Below the pieces are notes generated by a model. It was not told the DNA's origin. It saw only the letters and a list, made by a program, of their open reading frames with translations, and made no database searches. A DNA stretch of 32,000 nt from Vibrio alginolyticus NBRC 15630 = ATCC 17749 (GTDB lineage Bacteria; Pseudomonadota; Gammaproteobacteria; Enterobacterales; Vibrionaceae). The stretch's first letter is position 1, and each line of letters opens with the position of its first letter. Shown here in pieces: positions 1 to 8,092 of this stretch. The stretch lies in NCBI RefSeq assembly GCF_000354175.2, contig NC_022359.1, forward strand, positions 1,470,001 to 1,502,000. Reading direction: 5' to 3'. A program made the translations under genes and the position numbers.

Positions 1-881
1 CAAAGGGCACATTCGCCAATCGCATAAATGTTCTCATCGCTGGTTTGGCATTGGTTGTTAATCACAATGCCGCCTCGCTCGCCTATTTCTAGCTCAGCCA
101 GCCTTGCCAACTCATCTTGAGGACGAATGCCTGCGGAGAAGACAATCACATCCACTTCGAGAGGATCTTTGTCTTTAAACACCATACGATGCTTAGCCGT
201 TTCACCATCGCAGATTCGTTCCGTACCCGTTGAGGTGTGAACGGTTAGCCCTAGCGCTTCAATCTTCTCTTTTAGCACTAAGCCAGCACCATCGTCTAAC
301 TGCACGGGCATCAGGCGAGGCGCAAATTCAATAACGTGAGTTTCTAACCCCAATAGTTTAAGTGCGTTTGCCGCTTCTAAACCCAACAAGCCGCCGCCAA
401 TCACTGCGCCCGTTCTTGCGCCTTCACATGCTTTTTTGATTTGTGAAAGGTCATCAAGCGTGCGGTAGACAAACACGTTGTCGCGGTCTTTACCTTCAAT
501 TGGCGGCACAAATGGGTACGAGCCGGTCGCGAGCACGAGTTGGTCGTAACCCAGCACATCTTCACCATCAAGTAGAATGCGCTTTTGCTCTCTGTCGATG
601 CCTGTTACTTGGCTGCCAAGTACGAGTTGGATGCCATGCATGTCATACCATTCTTGGTTACTCAGCATCAAATCATCATGAGACTTACCCGCAAACAAAG
701 AAGACAACTGTACACGGTCATACGCGATAAAACGCTCTGCACCAATCACGGTAATTCTGTGCTCCAAATGCGCGTTTTTCTGCACTAATTGCTCGACGAG
801 ATGTTGCCCGACCATACCGTTGCCTACCACAACGATGTGGCTTAATGCGTTCTTTACTGGAATCGTTAAAGGACTGTTCAT
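1..881 (-). CDS. nirB: Nitrite reductase [NAD(P)H] large subunit, N-terminal part (3' end lies beyond the left edge)
   Basis: Absent from the ORF track because there is no stop in the window. The minus-strand frame is open from the ATG at 879-881 (context taaGGAGGcagcgATG) to position 1. My translation is MNSPLTIPVKNALSHIVVVGNGMVGQHLVEQLVQ... (Rossmann GxGxxG) and ends ...GGIVINNQCQTSDENIYAIGECAL at the edge, which is typical of NirB. The start lies 10 nt after the ABC ATPase stop. Confidence 0.85.
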   Translation of the reverse strand, partial: MNSPLTIPVKNALSHIVVVGNGMVGQHLVEQLVQKNAHLEHRITVIGAERFIAYDRVQLSSLFAGKSHDDLMLSNQEWYDMHGIQLVLGSQVTGIDREQKRILLDGEDVLGYDQLVLATGSYPFVPPIEGKDRDNVFVYRTLDDLSQIKKACEGARTGAVIGGGLLGLEAANALKLLGLETHVIEFAPRLMPVQLDDGAGLVLKEKIEALGLTVHTSTGTERICDGETAKHRMVFKDKDPLEVDVIVFSAGIRPQDELARLAELEIGERGGIVINNQCQTSDENIYAIGECAL

Positions 882-891
882 CGCTGCCTCC

Positions 892-1728
892 TTATGCCGT
901 TTGCGCTGCGGTTTTGGGTTTGTCTTCTTTCGAAGCAGGAATCTCGACTTTGGATTGCTTCTCGTAAAGGAACTTCAGCACGGCTTGTCGACACTTCTGA
1001 TACTGCGCATCATCCGCCAGTGCGACACGCTCGCGAGGACGCGGTAGATTCACTTCCAACACTTCACCAATGGTCGCTGCCGGTCCGTTGGTCATCATCA
1101 CGATTTTGTCGGATAGCAACACCGCTTCATCCACGTCGTGAGTAATCATGATCACGGTGTTGTTTAGCTCGGCTTGAATCTTCATCAGTGCATCCTGTAA
1201 GTGCGCACGAGTTAACGCATCCAACGCACCAAATGGCTCATCCATCAATAAAACCTTTGGTTGAAGTGCCAGTGCTCTCGCAATGCCGACTCGCTGCTTC
1301 ATACCACCCGAGATTTCATCCGGCTTTTTGTGCGCGGCATGCTGCATTTGAATCAACTCCAAGTAGTGATTCACTTGTTCCTGAATCCACGCTTTGCCCT
1401 TTTTACCGGCAATTTGTTTTAATGCGAGCTCAACGTTTTGATATACGGTGAGCCAAGGTAATAATGAATGGTTTTGAAACACCACTGCGCGGTCAGGTCC
1501 CGGTCCAGCAACTTCTCGTCCATCGACGATTACGCCGCCGTCTGTTGGCATGTGCAGACCCGCGACTAAGTTCAATACCGTTGATTTACCACAGCCAGAG
1601 TGACCAATCAGCGATACAAACTCGCCCTTATTGATTTGTAAATCGACGTTCTTAAGCGCGATGAACTCGCCATCTGGCGTTGGGAATCGCATCCCTAAAC
1701 GCGTTAGATCTAATAATGCTTTTTCCAT
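892..1728 (-). CDS. Nitrate/nitrite ABC transporter ATP-binding protein (NrtD/CmpD-type, single domain)
   Basis: 278-aa ORF with Walker A GHSGCGKST, signature SGGMKQRVGIARAL and Walker B LLMDEPF. It sits 11 nt downstream of the permease, between nrtB and nirB. Confidence 0.9.
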   Translation of the reverse strand: MEKALLDLTRLGMRFPTPDGEFIALKNVDLQINKGEFVSLIGHSGCGKSTVLNLVAGLHMPTDGGVIVDGREVAGPGPDRAVVFQNHSLLPWLTVYQNVELALKQIAGKKGKAWIQEQVNHYLELIQMQHAAHKKPDEISGGMKQRVGIARALALQPKVLLMDEPFGALDALTRAHLQDALMKIQAELNNTVIMITHDVDEAVLLSDKIVMMTNGPAATIGEVLEVNLPRPRERVALADDAQYQKCRQAVLKFLYEKQSKVEIPASKEDKPKTAAQTA

Positions 1729-1739
1729 GATCGTTTCCC

Positions 1740-2711
1740 TTATCTCAACGCTTGTTGTTTATTCCAAGACAGCCACTTTTGAAGTTGCAGCATGCCTCTA
1801 TCGAGCATCAAACCGATAAAACCAATAGTGATGACTGCCACCATGATGCGACCCAATGATGCCGAACTGCCGTTTTGGAACTCGTCCCAAACGAACTTGC
1901 CTAACCCTGGGTTTTGCGCGAGCATTTCTGCTGCAATCAATACCATCCAAGCGATACCTAAAGAGAGACGTAAACCGGTGAAGATCATTGGAATGGCAGA
2001 AGGTAATACGATGGTGCGGATGTGCTGCCACCACGAAAGTTGAAGCACTTTACTCACGTTGATTAAGTCTTTATCAACGCTCGTTACACCCACTGCGGTA
2101 TTAATCAGCGTCGGCCATAAGCTACATAGCGCTACTGTGATCAGAGAGTTAATGAACGACTTAGCAAACATCGGGTCATCACTCACATAAGTGGCACTTA
2201 CAACCATAGTAACGATAGGCAGCCAAGCTAAAGGTGAAACAGGCTTAAGCAATTGAATGATTGGGTTGAACGCTTGATACAGCCCTTGATTAAGACCAAG
2301 CACGATGCCAAGCGGAATCGCGATAACCGTCGCCAGCAAAAAGCCCGCAGTTACGGTCACTAAGCTTGTTATGATTTGGTCGAAAAACGTCGGTTTACCT
2401 GTGTAGGGGCGAATCTTCACTTCCGCGTCCGGATTCTTGGCTAACTTCGCAGCATTGCGTTTTTCCTGACGCTCGATAAAAGCTTGTTCCTTTTCTCGTT
2501 CTTGCCAATGGTCATCGACAAGGTTGCTGAACTGCTGAAAAGTTTGCACAGGTCCCGGTAGCGTACCTAATGAAGTTTGCACTTCTCTCGCTGCTAAGTG
2601 CCACATTGCCAAAAAGATCAGCAAGCCAATGACGGGCAAAAGCACCAACCGACTTCGGTTCACTACCTGCTTAGCAGGAAAAAGGGAAATGACATTACTA
2701 GACATACTCAC
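1740..2711 (-). CDS. nrtB: Nitrate ABC transporter permease (NrtB-type)
   Basis: 323-aa polytopic membrane ORF. Its position between the NrtA-like binding protein and the ATPase fits the NitT/TauT-family permease pattern. Confidence 0.88.
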   Translation of the reverse strand: MSMSSNVISLFPAKQVVNRSRLVLLPVIGLLIFLAMWHLAAREVQTSLGTLPGPVQTFQQFSNLVDDHWQEREKEQAFIERQEKRNAAKLAKNPDAEVKIRPYTGKPTFFDQIITSLVTVTAGFLLATVIAIPLGIVLGLNQGLYQAFNPIIQLLKPVSPLAWLPIVTMVVSATYVSDDPMFAKSFINSLITVALCSLWPTLINTAVGVTSVDKDLINVSKVLQLSWWQHIRTIVLPSAIPMIFTGLRLSLGIAWMVLIAAEMLAQNPGLGKFVWDEFQNGSSASLGRIMVAVITIGFIGLMLDRGMLQLQKWLSWNKQQALR

Positions 2712-2785
2712 TCCTAAGAAATTTACATCCTTGTTATTGCGGGCAGACTCACCTGCCCGCTGTATTTTTTGTAGGACTGCTCATC

Positions 2786-4150
2786 CTAAACTTTGTCTTT
2801 TCCTTTTAGCCCGATAGAGAACTTCTCTAAATATTTATTTGGCTCGCGACCGTCATAAACGATGTTGTCGATAAAGTGTGTTTGTGGCGCGCGAAAACCA
2901 TCTTCAGCGCTGAAGTCTGGGAAGTCTTTTTTGCTCAACACACCATCTTCAATTAGCGCTTGAGCTGCTTGTTGGTAGATATCTGGACGGTAAACCTCTT
3001 TTGCCACATCCATGTACCAATCATCGGATTTCTCGCTTGAGATTTGTCCCCAGCGGCGCATTTGGGTCAGGTACCAAATCGCATCGCTGTAATACGGATA
3101 AGTGGCGTTATGACGGAAGAACACATTGAAGTCTGGCACGTCTCGTTTGTCGCCTTTCTCGTATTCAAATGTGCCGGTCATTGAGTTAGCGATAACTTCG
3201 GCATCGGCTCCAACATATTCGCTTTTTGATAGCATCTTCACAGCTTCTTGGCGGTTGGCATTGTCGTTTTCATCCAACCAATGTGCCGCTCGAATCAAGG
3301 CTTTCACTACGCGAATGTGCGTGTTTGGATATTTCTCAGCCCAAGCTTTGGAAACACCAAACACTTTCTCTGGGTTGTTCTTCCAGATCTCGTAATCGGT
3401 CACGACTGGCGTACCAATACCTTTGAATACGGCTTGTTGGTTCCATGGTTCACCTACGCAGTACCCTTTGATCGTGCCCGCTTCCATTGTGGCTGGCATT
3501 TGTGGTGGCGGTGTAACACTCAAAAGAACATCAGCATCCAGCTGGCCACTGTTATCGCCTGAGTCTGGTGCGTAAAAGCCTGGATGAATCCCCCCTGCCG
3601 CTAACCAGTATCGCAACTCATAGTTGTGCGTCGATACAGGAAACACCATGCCCATGTTGAACGGTTTGCCTTTATCCAGATAGCTGTCGACCACAGGCTT
3701 CAGCGCATCCGCTTTGATTGGGTGAACTGGTTTGCCATCTGGTTGTTTTGGAATGTACTGCTTCATCTGTTCCCAAGTATCATTGGAAACCGTGATTGCG
3801 TTGCCGTTCAAATCCATACTGAACGCGGTAATTACTTCTGCTTTTGTGCCAACACCAATCGTTGCGCCCAATGGCTGACCAGCAAGCATGTGCGCGCCAG
3901 CAAGCTCACCATCGATGACTCGGTCTAAAAGCACCTTCCAGTTTGCTTGTGCTTCTAAAGTGACGTACAAGCCTTCGTCTTCAAAAAAGCCTTTCTCATA
4001 AGCAACCGCCAGCGGTGCCATATCGGTTAACTTAATAAAACCAAACTTCAGGTCTTCAATTTCTGGTTCACCCAACTCTGCCTTTACGCTGACCGTGGTG
4101 AATACCGATAACGAAATTGCTGACACTTTCAGCATCGAACTCCATTTCAT
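2786..4150 (-). CDS. nrtA: Periplasmic nitrate-binding protein (NrtA/CmpA family)
   Basis: 454 aa with Sec signal [32 protein letters not shown] lies 7 nt upstream of the ATG. It is the first gene after a regulated leader. Confidence 0.9.
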   Translation of the reverse strand: MKWSSMLKVSAISLSVFTTVSVKAELGEPEIEDLKFGFIKLTDMAPLAVAYEKGFFEDEGLYVTLEAQANWKVLLDRVIDGELAGAHMLAGQPLGATIGVGTKAEVITAFSMDLNGNAITVSNDTWEQMKQYIPKQPDGKPVHPIKADALKPVVDSYLDKGKPFNMGMVFPVSTHNYELRYWLAAGGIHPGFYAPDSGDNSGQLDADVLLSVTPPPQMPATMEAGTIKGYCVGEPWNQQAVFKGIGTPVVTDYEIWKNNPEKVFGVSKAWAEKYPNTHIRVVKALIRAAHWLDENDNANRQEAVKMLSKSEYVGADAEVIANSMTGTFEYEKGDKRDVPDFNVFFRHNATYPYYSDAIWYLTQMRRWGQISSEKSDDWYMDVAKEVYRPDIYQQAAQALIEDGVLSKKDFPDFSAEDGFRAPQTHFIDNIVYDGREPNKYLEKFSIGLKGKDKV

Positions 4151-4164
4151 TGGTTTGCTCCCAT

Positions 4165-4199
4165 AAAAAAAGCGCCACTACTCCGAAGAGCAGTAGCGC
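4165..4199 (-). terminator. Intrinsic terminator in the nrtA leader (attenuator), 14 nt upstream of the nrtA ATG
   Basis: Minus-strand RNA: GCGCUACUGCUC-UUCG-GAGUAGUGGCGC followed by UUUUUUU. The 12-bp stem includes two G-U pairs, which would be C-A mismatches on the other strand, so the structure is specific to the minus strand. It has a UUCG tetraloop. The RBS GGGAG follows immediately. Confidence 0.85.
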
Positions 4200-4235
4200 C
4201 GTTGCTAAGTCTACAATTACCGCCGTTGATAATTG
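4194..4235 (-). promoter_or_regulatory. Tandem hexaloop hairpins P1/P2 (ANTAR-target-like antiterminator)
   Basis: P1 (4235->4214): CAAUUAUC[AACGGC]GGUAAUUG, 8 bp. A 6-nt linker follows. P2 (4207->4194): UAGC[AACGGC]GCUA, 4 bp. The two loops are identical, with A at position 1 and G at position 4. The P2 3' arm (GCUA) lies inside the terminator's 5' arm, so P2 and the terminator are mutually exclusive. Confidence 0.7.
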
Positions 4236-4272
4236 AGATAAGCGATTCAACAATAAACCCAATTCTTCTAAT

Positions 4273-4287
4273 TCAATTACTGTGCCA
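4273..4287 (-). promoter_or_regulatory. Sigma54-like -24/-12 element with an imperfect -12
   Basis: Minus strand reads TGGCAC-AGTAA-TTGAA. The -24 element and the spacing are perfect, but -12 is GA instead of the conserved GC. The predicted TSS near 4261 is about 26 nt before P1. A weak NtrC-like 17-mer (TGCTTGCTGATAGTGCA, 4350-4366) lies about 97 nt upstream of that TSS. Confidence 0.4.
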
Positions 4288-4414
4288 ACTTATTTTTCAC
4301 TGTAAATATAATGAATTAGTTTATTCTACCGTTTCTAATTCCCTGTTATTGCTTGCTGATAGTGCAACACGCACCACGTTAGAAAACGCACCTTAACCCC
4401 AAAGTGGTAGAAAA

Positions 4415-4996
4415 CTAATCAAGCACTTCCAAAGTAGTTATCAAATTCTTGGCAACTTGTGCGAGCGTTTGGCTGGATTGCATGGCTGAATTTCTAAGCG
4501 CTTTATAAGCCTGTTCTTCATCAACGCTGTGCATCTTCATCAGCAGACCTTTGGCTTTTTCCACCAGCTTGCGCTCTTCAATCTTGTGGGTCAGCGATTC
4601 AATTTCCGATTGCATACTTTCGAATTTCGCTCTCACTAATGTCGCATGTTCAATCCAAGGTTGAAGTGCAAATTCACTATCGTGCGGCATGAGTACATAG
4701 TCCATTTTTTCTGATAACCGATTGATATCATTGGATGATAATTGCTTTAAGACGATAAGAAGTGGTGCCGATTTTCTGCGGCAGAAATCGACGATCAAAC
4801 GCAGTTCCGCGGTTGGTTGCTGCCATCCAACCACAACGCTTGCCGACGGTTCTCGTTGCATTAACGTTTCTAGTTGTGCCAATTGGCAGCCGATGATGTT
4901 GTCGTAATCTTTGCTCAATAAGCCGGACAATCGAGCCTGCTCTTGGAGGCTATCACAGCATACTATGATGGGTGTTTTTGACGTTGATTGAGTCAT
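4415..4996 (-). CDS. nasT: ANTAR-domain antitermination regulator with a receiver-like N-terminal domain (NasT-like)
   Basis: C-terminal ERKLVEKAKGLLMKMHSVDEEQAYKALRNSAMQSSQTLAQVAKNLI is a clear ANTAR domain. The N-terminal ~110 aa are receiver-like. I trimmed the start to the ATG at 4994-4996 (MTQSTSK...) because AAGGAA lies 7 nt upstream. The ORF track starts at 5020. Confidence 0.85.
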   Translation of the reverse strand: MTQSTSKTPIIVCCDSLQEQARLSGLLSKDYDNIIGCQLAQLETLMQREPSASVVVGWQQPTAELRLIVDFCRRKSAPLLIVLKQLSSNDINRLSEKMDYVLMPHDSEFALQPWIEHATLVRAKFESMQSEIESLTHKIEERKLVEKAKGLLMKMHSVDEEQAYKALRNSAMQSSQTLAQVAKNLITTLEVLD

Positions 4997-5069
4997 GCAC
5001 ATTCCTTGTTTATATCTCACTCACTAAGAGAGACATAACAAAGAATGTGCCAACTAAAGTAGAAGCCTT

Positions 5070-5987
5070 TTAACTAGAGGCGAGATGTTCTTTGAAGAAG
5101 CCGAGTGTACGTTCCCAAGCGAGCGCCGCTTCTTCCGGTGCGTAGCGTGCTGTTGAGTCGTTATGGAAGCCGTGGTTGACGTTCTCATACATTAACGCTT
5201 GATACTGTGCGTCGGTTGCGATCAATTGCTGCTCATAAGCAGGCCATGTGTCGTTAACACGCTTATCGAGCCCTGCAAAGTGAATCATCAATGGCCCTTT
5301 GACTTGCTTTTGGATCTCTTGCGCAGCAGGTGTTCCATAGAAAGGCACACCTGCATCGAGATCTTCTGGCATTACCGCGGCAAGCATGTTGACAATGTAT
5401 CCACCGAAGCAGAATCCAACCGCGCCCAATTTACCGTTGCCACCCTCGTATTGCTTAAGGAAGTTAGCGGCTGCAATAAAGTCTTGTTCGATCTTGGCCC
5501 TGTCCATCTCTTTCTGCATTGCGCGACCTTCATCGTCGTTCCCCGGATAGCCGCCGAGTGGATAAAGTGCGTCTGGAGCGAAAGCAATAAAGCCATCTTT
5601 TGCAAGTCGTCTTGCGACATCTTTGATATAAGGGTTCAGACCTCGGTTTTCATGAATCACCAACACGGTCGGCGATTTTAAGGTCTTCTTCTGTGGCATC
5701 ACCAAATAACCACGCCCTTCTCCATGCCCATTTGGAGATGGAAAGGTTTCGTAAGTTGCTTTGATGTCAGGATCGTTAAATGAAACTTGTTCTGCGAGTG
5801 CGTAATTCGGGGTTAACGCATCGACCAGTGCTGTCATGCTAAAGCCAAGCACCGCAAGGCCACCCAGCCTGTTAAGAAACTCACGGCGCGTGATTTTTCC
5901 GTGGGCGTATTCGTCGTACCAATCGAAGGCTTCTTGCGGGATCGGATGAGAAGCCTTTTCACTAGGAGTGGTATGCTTTAGAACCAT
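5070..5987 (-). CDS. Dienelactone hydrolase family protein with a twin-arginine (Tat) signal
   Basis: Alpha/beta-hydrolase DLH-like sequence (VLVIHENRGLNPYIKDVARRLA..., GAVGFCFGG nucleophile elbow). Tat motif TRREFLNRLGGLAVLGFSMTALVDA with an ALA-EQ cleavage-like site. I trimmed the start to the ATG at 5985-5987 (AGAGGA 9 nt upstream); the track's 6113 start adds 42 implausible residues. Confidence 0.8.
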   Translation of the reverse strand: MVLKHTTPSEKASHPIPQEAFDWYDEYAHGKITRREFLNRLGGLAVLGFSMTALVDALTPNYALAEQVSFNDPDIKATYETFPSPNGHGEGRGYLVMPQKKTLKSPTVLVIHENRGLNPYIKDVARRLAKDGFIAFAPDALYPLGGYPGNDDEGRAMQKEMDRAKIEQDFIAAANFLKQYEGGNGKLGAVGFCFGGYIVNMLAAVMPEDLDAGVPFYGTPAAQEIQKQVKGPLMIHFAGLDKRVNDTWPAYEQQLIATDAQYQALMYENVNHGFHNDSTARYAPEEAALAWERTLGFFKEHLASS

Positions 5988-6075
5988 TATCCATGTCCTC
6001 TGTGTCTTACCATATGGGAATTTCTCATTCTCAAAAGCGCAGCGAGAAACGAACGCGATTGAGGCTAAAACTGCG

Positions 6076-6111
6076 GTTTCACCACTCTGATACGGAGCAA
6101 GGTGGTGAAAC
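6076..6111. repeat. Perfect 10-bp inverted repeat (GTTTCACCAC-N16-GTGGTGAAAC) between the TrpD2-like and DLH genes
   Basis: Read directly: 6076-6085 is the reverse complement of 6102-6111. On the minus strand it is followed by CGCAGUUUUAG, a weak U tract. It may be an intercistronic hairpin or a partial terminator. Confidence 0.5.
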
Positions 6112-6216
6112 ACATCATTGGCGAGCTAGGATCTTTTACCTTCTTCAAACAATAGATAATGGATTCAGATTCAACAACTTTGCGTCGTTGGTTTTACATT
6201 AATTGACAATAGTTCG

Positions 6217-7170
6217 TTATTGCTGGCCGCAATAGGCTTGCCAGTAAGAGAAGGCGCGTTCGAATGCTTTTTCTCTGTCGTGCATTTGTGCAAACAAGAC
6301 CACTGTCATCGTAGCGAGAACCGTATTCGCCATTTGGTTCATGTCATCTTCTGACGTCCCAAACGGGCAGTTCGCAGGCATTGGCACCTCAGACAGCATT
6401 TGCTCCGTCCAGTAGTGCGATGTCACGCCGCTTGTTTGGCTTAACCATACGGTTTGACTTACTTTCGGGTTGTATTCTGACTCACCAGATTGTCCTTTGA
6501 ATGACACAACGGCATGAGCGGTTTGACCAATCTCGTATTCGACTTCAGCATGAAGTTGTTGGAATCCCGGATGGAAGCTACCACGAATACCAACCGTCGC
6601 CTGCCCCGGATTCAATGCTCGAACCACGGTATTAATCGGCGTTCTAAGCCCATAACGATTCTTCCAACCGATCATGATTTCTGCTTGGGGTGCAAACGAA
6701 CTCAGCGGCAGATACACAATGTTTTGTGTTTCTAACACACGCTTTGCGTCTTCTGCTGATTCCGCTTTGTTGATAGAAAACTTATCGAGGTAATCTTCGG
6801 CATGCAAACGACCAGATTGACGGTCGTGATAGCCGTGCATCAGCACTTTATGACCATTATCGGCGAGGATCTTGGCTGCCAACAGGTGCCAAGGCTGCCC
6901 TGCCGCTTCACGTTTGCCTGCATAACATGGCCAGTCAATATCTGCACCAATAGCTGGCATGCGGGATTGGAATGCTTTCACAAAGCCAGCGATTTCTTGT
7001 TGAGTCTCGTTCTGTACGCGGATCAGCATCAACAGCATTGCCATCTGATCGTCGTCGCACTCACCGTTTAGGTATTCATCCATAACTCGAAACGCTTGGT
7101 CAAAGTTCAGTGGTTTTCTACCACGTTCGCCACGACCGACTGTTCTAATACATTCCAAAATGCTGCTCAT
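6217..7170 (-). CDS. TrpD2/YbiB-family protein (glycosyl transferase family 3, anthranilate phosphoribosyltransferase-like)
   Basis: 317 aa. The N-terminus ECIRTVGRGERGRKPLNFDQAFRVMDEYLNGECDDDQMAMLLMLIRVQNETQQEIAGFVKAF parallels E. coli YbiB (EIGRGKNHARDL...LNGEVPDLELGGVLIALRIKGEGEAEMLGF) as I recall it. Its ATG overlaps the cobA stop (ATGA, 7167-7170). Confidence 0.72.
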   Translation of the reverse strand: MSSILECIRTVGRGERGRKPLNFDQAFRVMDEYLNGECDDDQMAMLLMLIRVQNETQQEIAGFVKAFQSRMPAIGADIDWPCYAGKREAAGQPWHLLAAKILADNGHKVLMHGYHDRQSGRLHAEDYLDKFSINKAESAEDAKRVLETQNIVYLPLSSFAPQAEIMIGWKNRYGLRTPINTVVRALNPGQATVGIRGSFHPGFQQLHAEVEYEIGQTAHAVVSFKGQSGESEYNPKVSQTVWLSQTSGVTSHYWTEQMLSEVPMPANCPFGTSEDDMNQMANTVLATMTVVLFAQMHDREKAFERAFSYWQAYCGQQ

Positions 7171-8072
7171 ATTCCCTCGTATTCCGTCACTGACTGTACG
7201 GTTTCTATTAGTTGTTCGCGCAGTTTGACAACTTCTCCCATCACAATCAATGCTGGGCTCACGCCTTTAAGTGTAATCGATAAATCATTGAGCTGATTGA
7301 GTTGTGTAACGTGCACTTGTTGTTGAGGGCTGCAACCATGAGTGATGATCGCGACTGGGAAATCTGCTCTCAAACCGGAGTTGATTAATCCCGTTTGTAT
7401 TTGCAATGACTTTTCTAACCCCATATAGAAGACTAACGTTTGTCCGCTTTGCATCAGTTGACTCCATGCTTCAAATGCGCCTGTTACCACTTGCCCTGTC
7501 ACAAAGGTAACGCTGCGAGCAACGCCACGATGAGTCAGCGGAATCAAGCTGTTTGCTGAACATCCAATCGCAGCAGTAATACCAGGGATGACTTCGTAAG
7601 CGATTGAGTGTTTGACGAGTGCTAACGCCTCTTCGCCTCCACGGCCAAATACAAAAGGATCTCCCCCTTTTAAGCGTACAACTCGCTTTCCTTGTTGAGC
7701 GAGCGATACCATCAAGTCACAAATTTCTTCCTGACCAATACTAGGTTGTCCGCATCTTTTGCCCACGTAAATCCAATCAGCTTGTGGCGAAGCCAACTCC
7801 AAAATATCTTTGTTAACCAAACGGTCGTACAGCAGAACCTCTGCCGACATAATCGCTTTCACTGCCTTCACCGTTAATAAGTCAGGATCGTGCGGCCCTG
7901 CTCCAACAATCGAGACAAAACCTTTGTGGCTCGCGTCTAGGTCTACTGAATGGTCTTTTAAAAGTTGGTTCAGTTTGCTTGCTTGATCATGCTTAGAAAA
8001 GCGAGACGAGCGTTCTTGTTTCTGACTCGCTTGTCCTTTCTTAAACCAAGACTTTTGATAAGGCGCTTCCAT
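7167..8072 (-). CDS. cobA: Uroporphyrinogen-III C-methyltransferase (siroheme branch)
   Basis: SAM-methyltransferase motif VSIVGAGPHDPDLLTVKAV plus GGDPFVFGRGGEE. I moved the start to the ATG at 8070-8072 (AGAGGA 8 nt upstream), 20 nt after the nasA stop. The track start at 8189 would overlap nasA by 97 nt. Confidence 0.85.
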   Translation of the reverse strand: MEAPYQKSWFKKGQASQKQERSSRFSKHDQASKLNQLLKDHSVDLDASHKGFVSIVGAGPHDPDLLTVKAVKAIMSAEVLLYDRLVNKDILELASPQADWIYVGKRCGQPSIGQEEICDLMVSLAQQGKRVVRLKGGDPFVFGRGGEEALALVKHSIAYEVIPGITAAIGCSANSLIPLTHRGVARSVTFVTGQVVTGAFEAWSQLMQSGQTLVFYMGLEKSLQIQTGLINSGLRADFPVAIITHGCSPQQQVHVTQLNQLNDLSITLKGVSPALIVMGEVVKLREQLIETVQSVTEYEGI

Positions 8073-8092
8073 GTGCTTATCCTCTTTATGAC

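Noticed and set aside
4363-4376. A second sigma54-like string on the minus strand (TGGTGC-GTGT-TGCA) upstream of nrtA.
   Set aside because: The GG-to-GC spacing is 8 nt instead of the required 10, so it cannot be a -24/-12 promoter. It may instead contribute an NtrC-like half-site.
5199-5681. 160-aa plus-strand ORF. The same applies to similar ORFs at 443-730, 585-788, 820-1047, 894-1145, 3248-3562, 3626-3928, 8555-8785, 10661-11002, 22993-23310, 24915-25211, 27939-28169 and 31496-31825.
   Set aside because: All lie antisense to or inside much longer ORFs with clear family signatures. They have odd composition (Cys/Arg/His-rich or low complexity), and none that I examined has an RBS. They are shadow ORFs.
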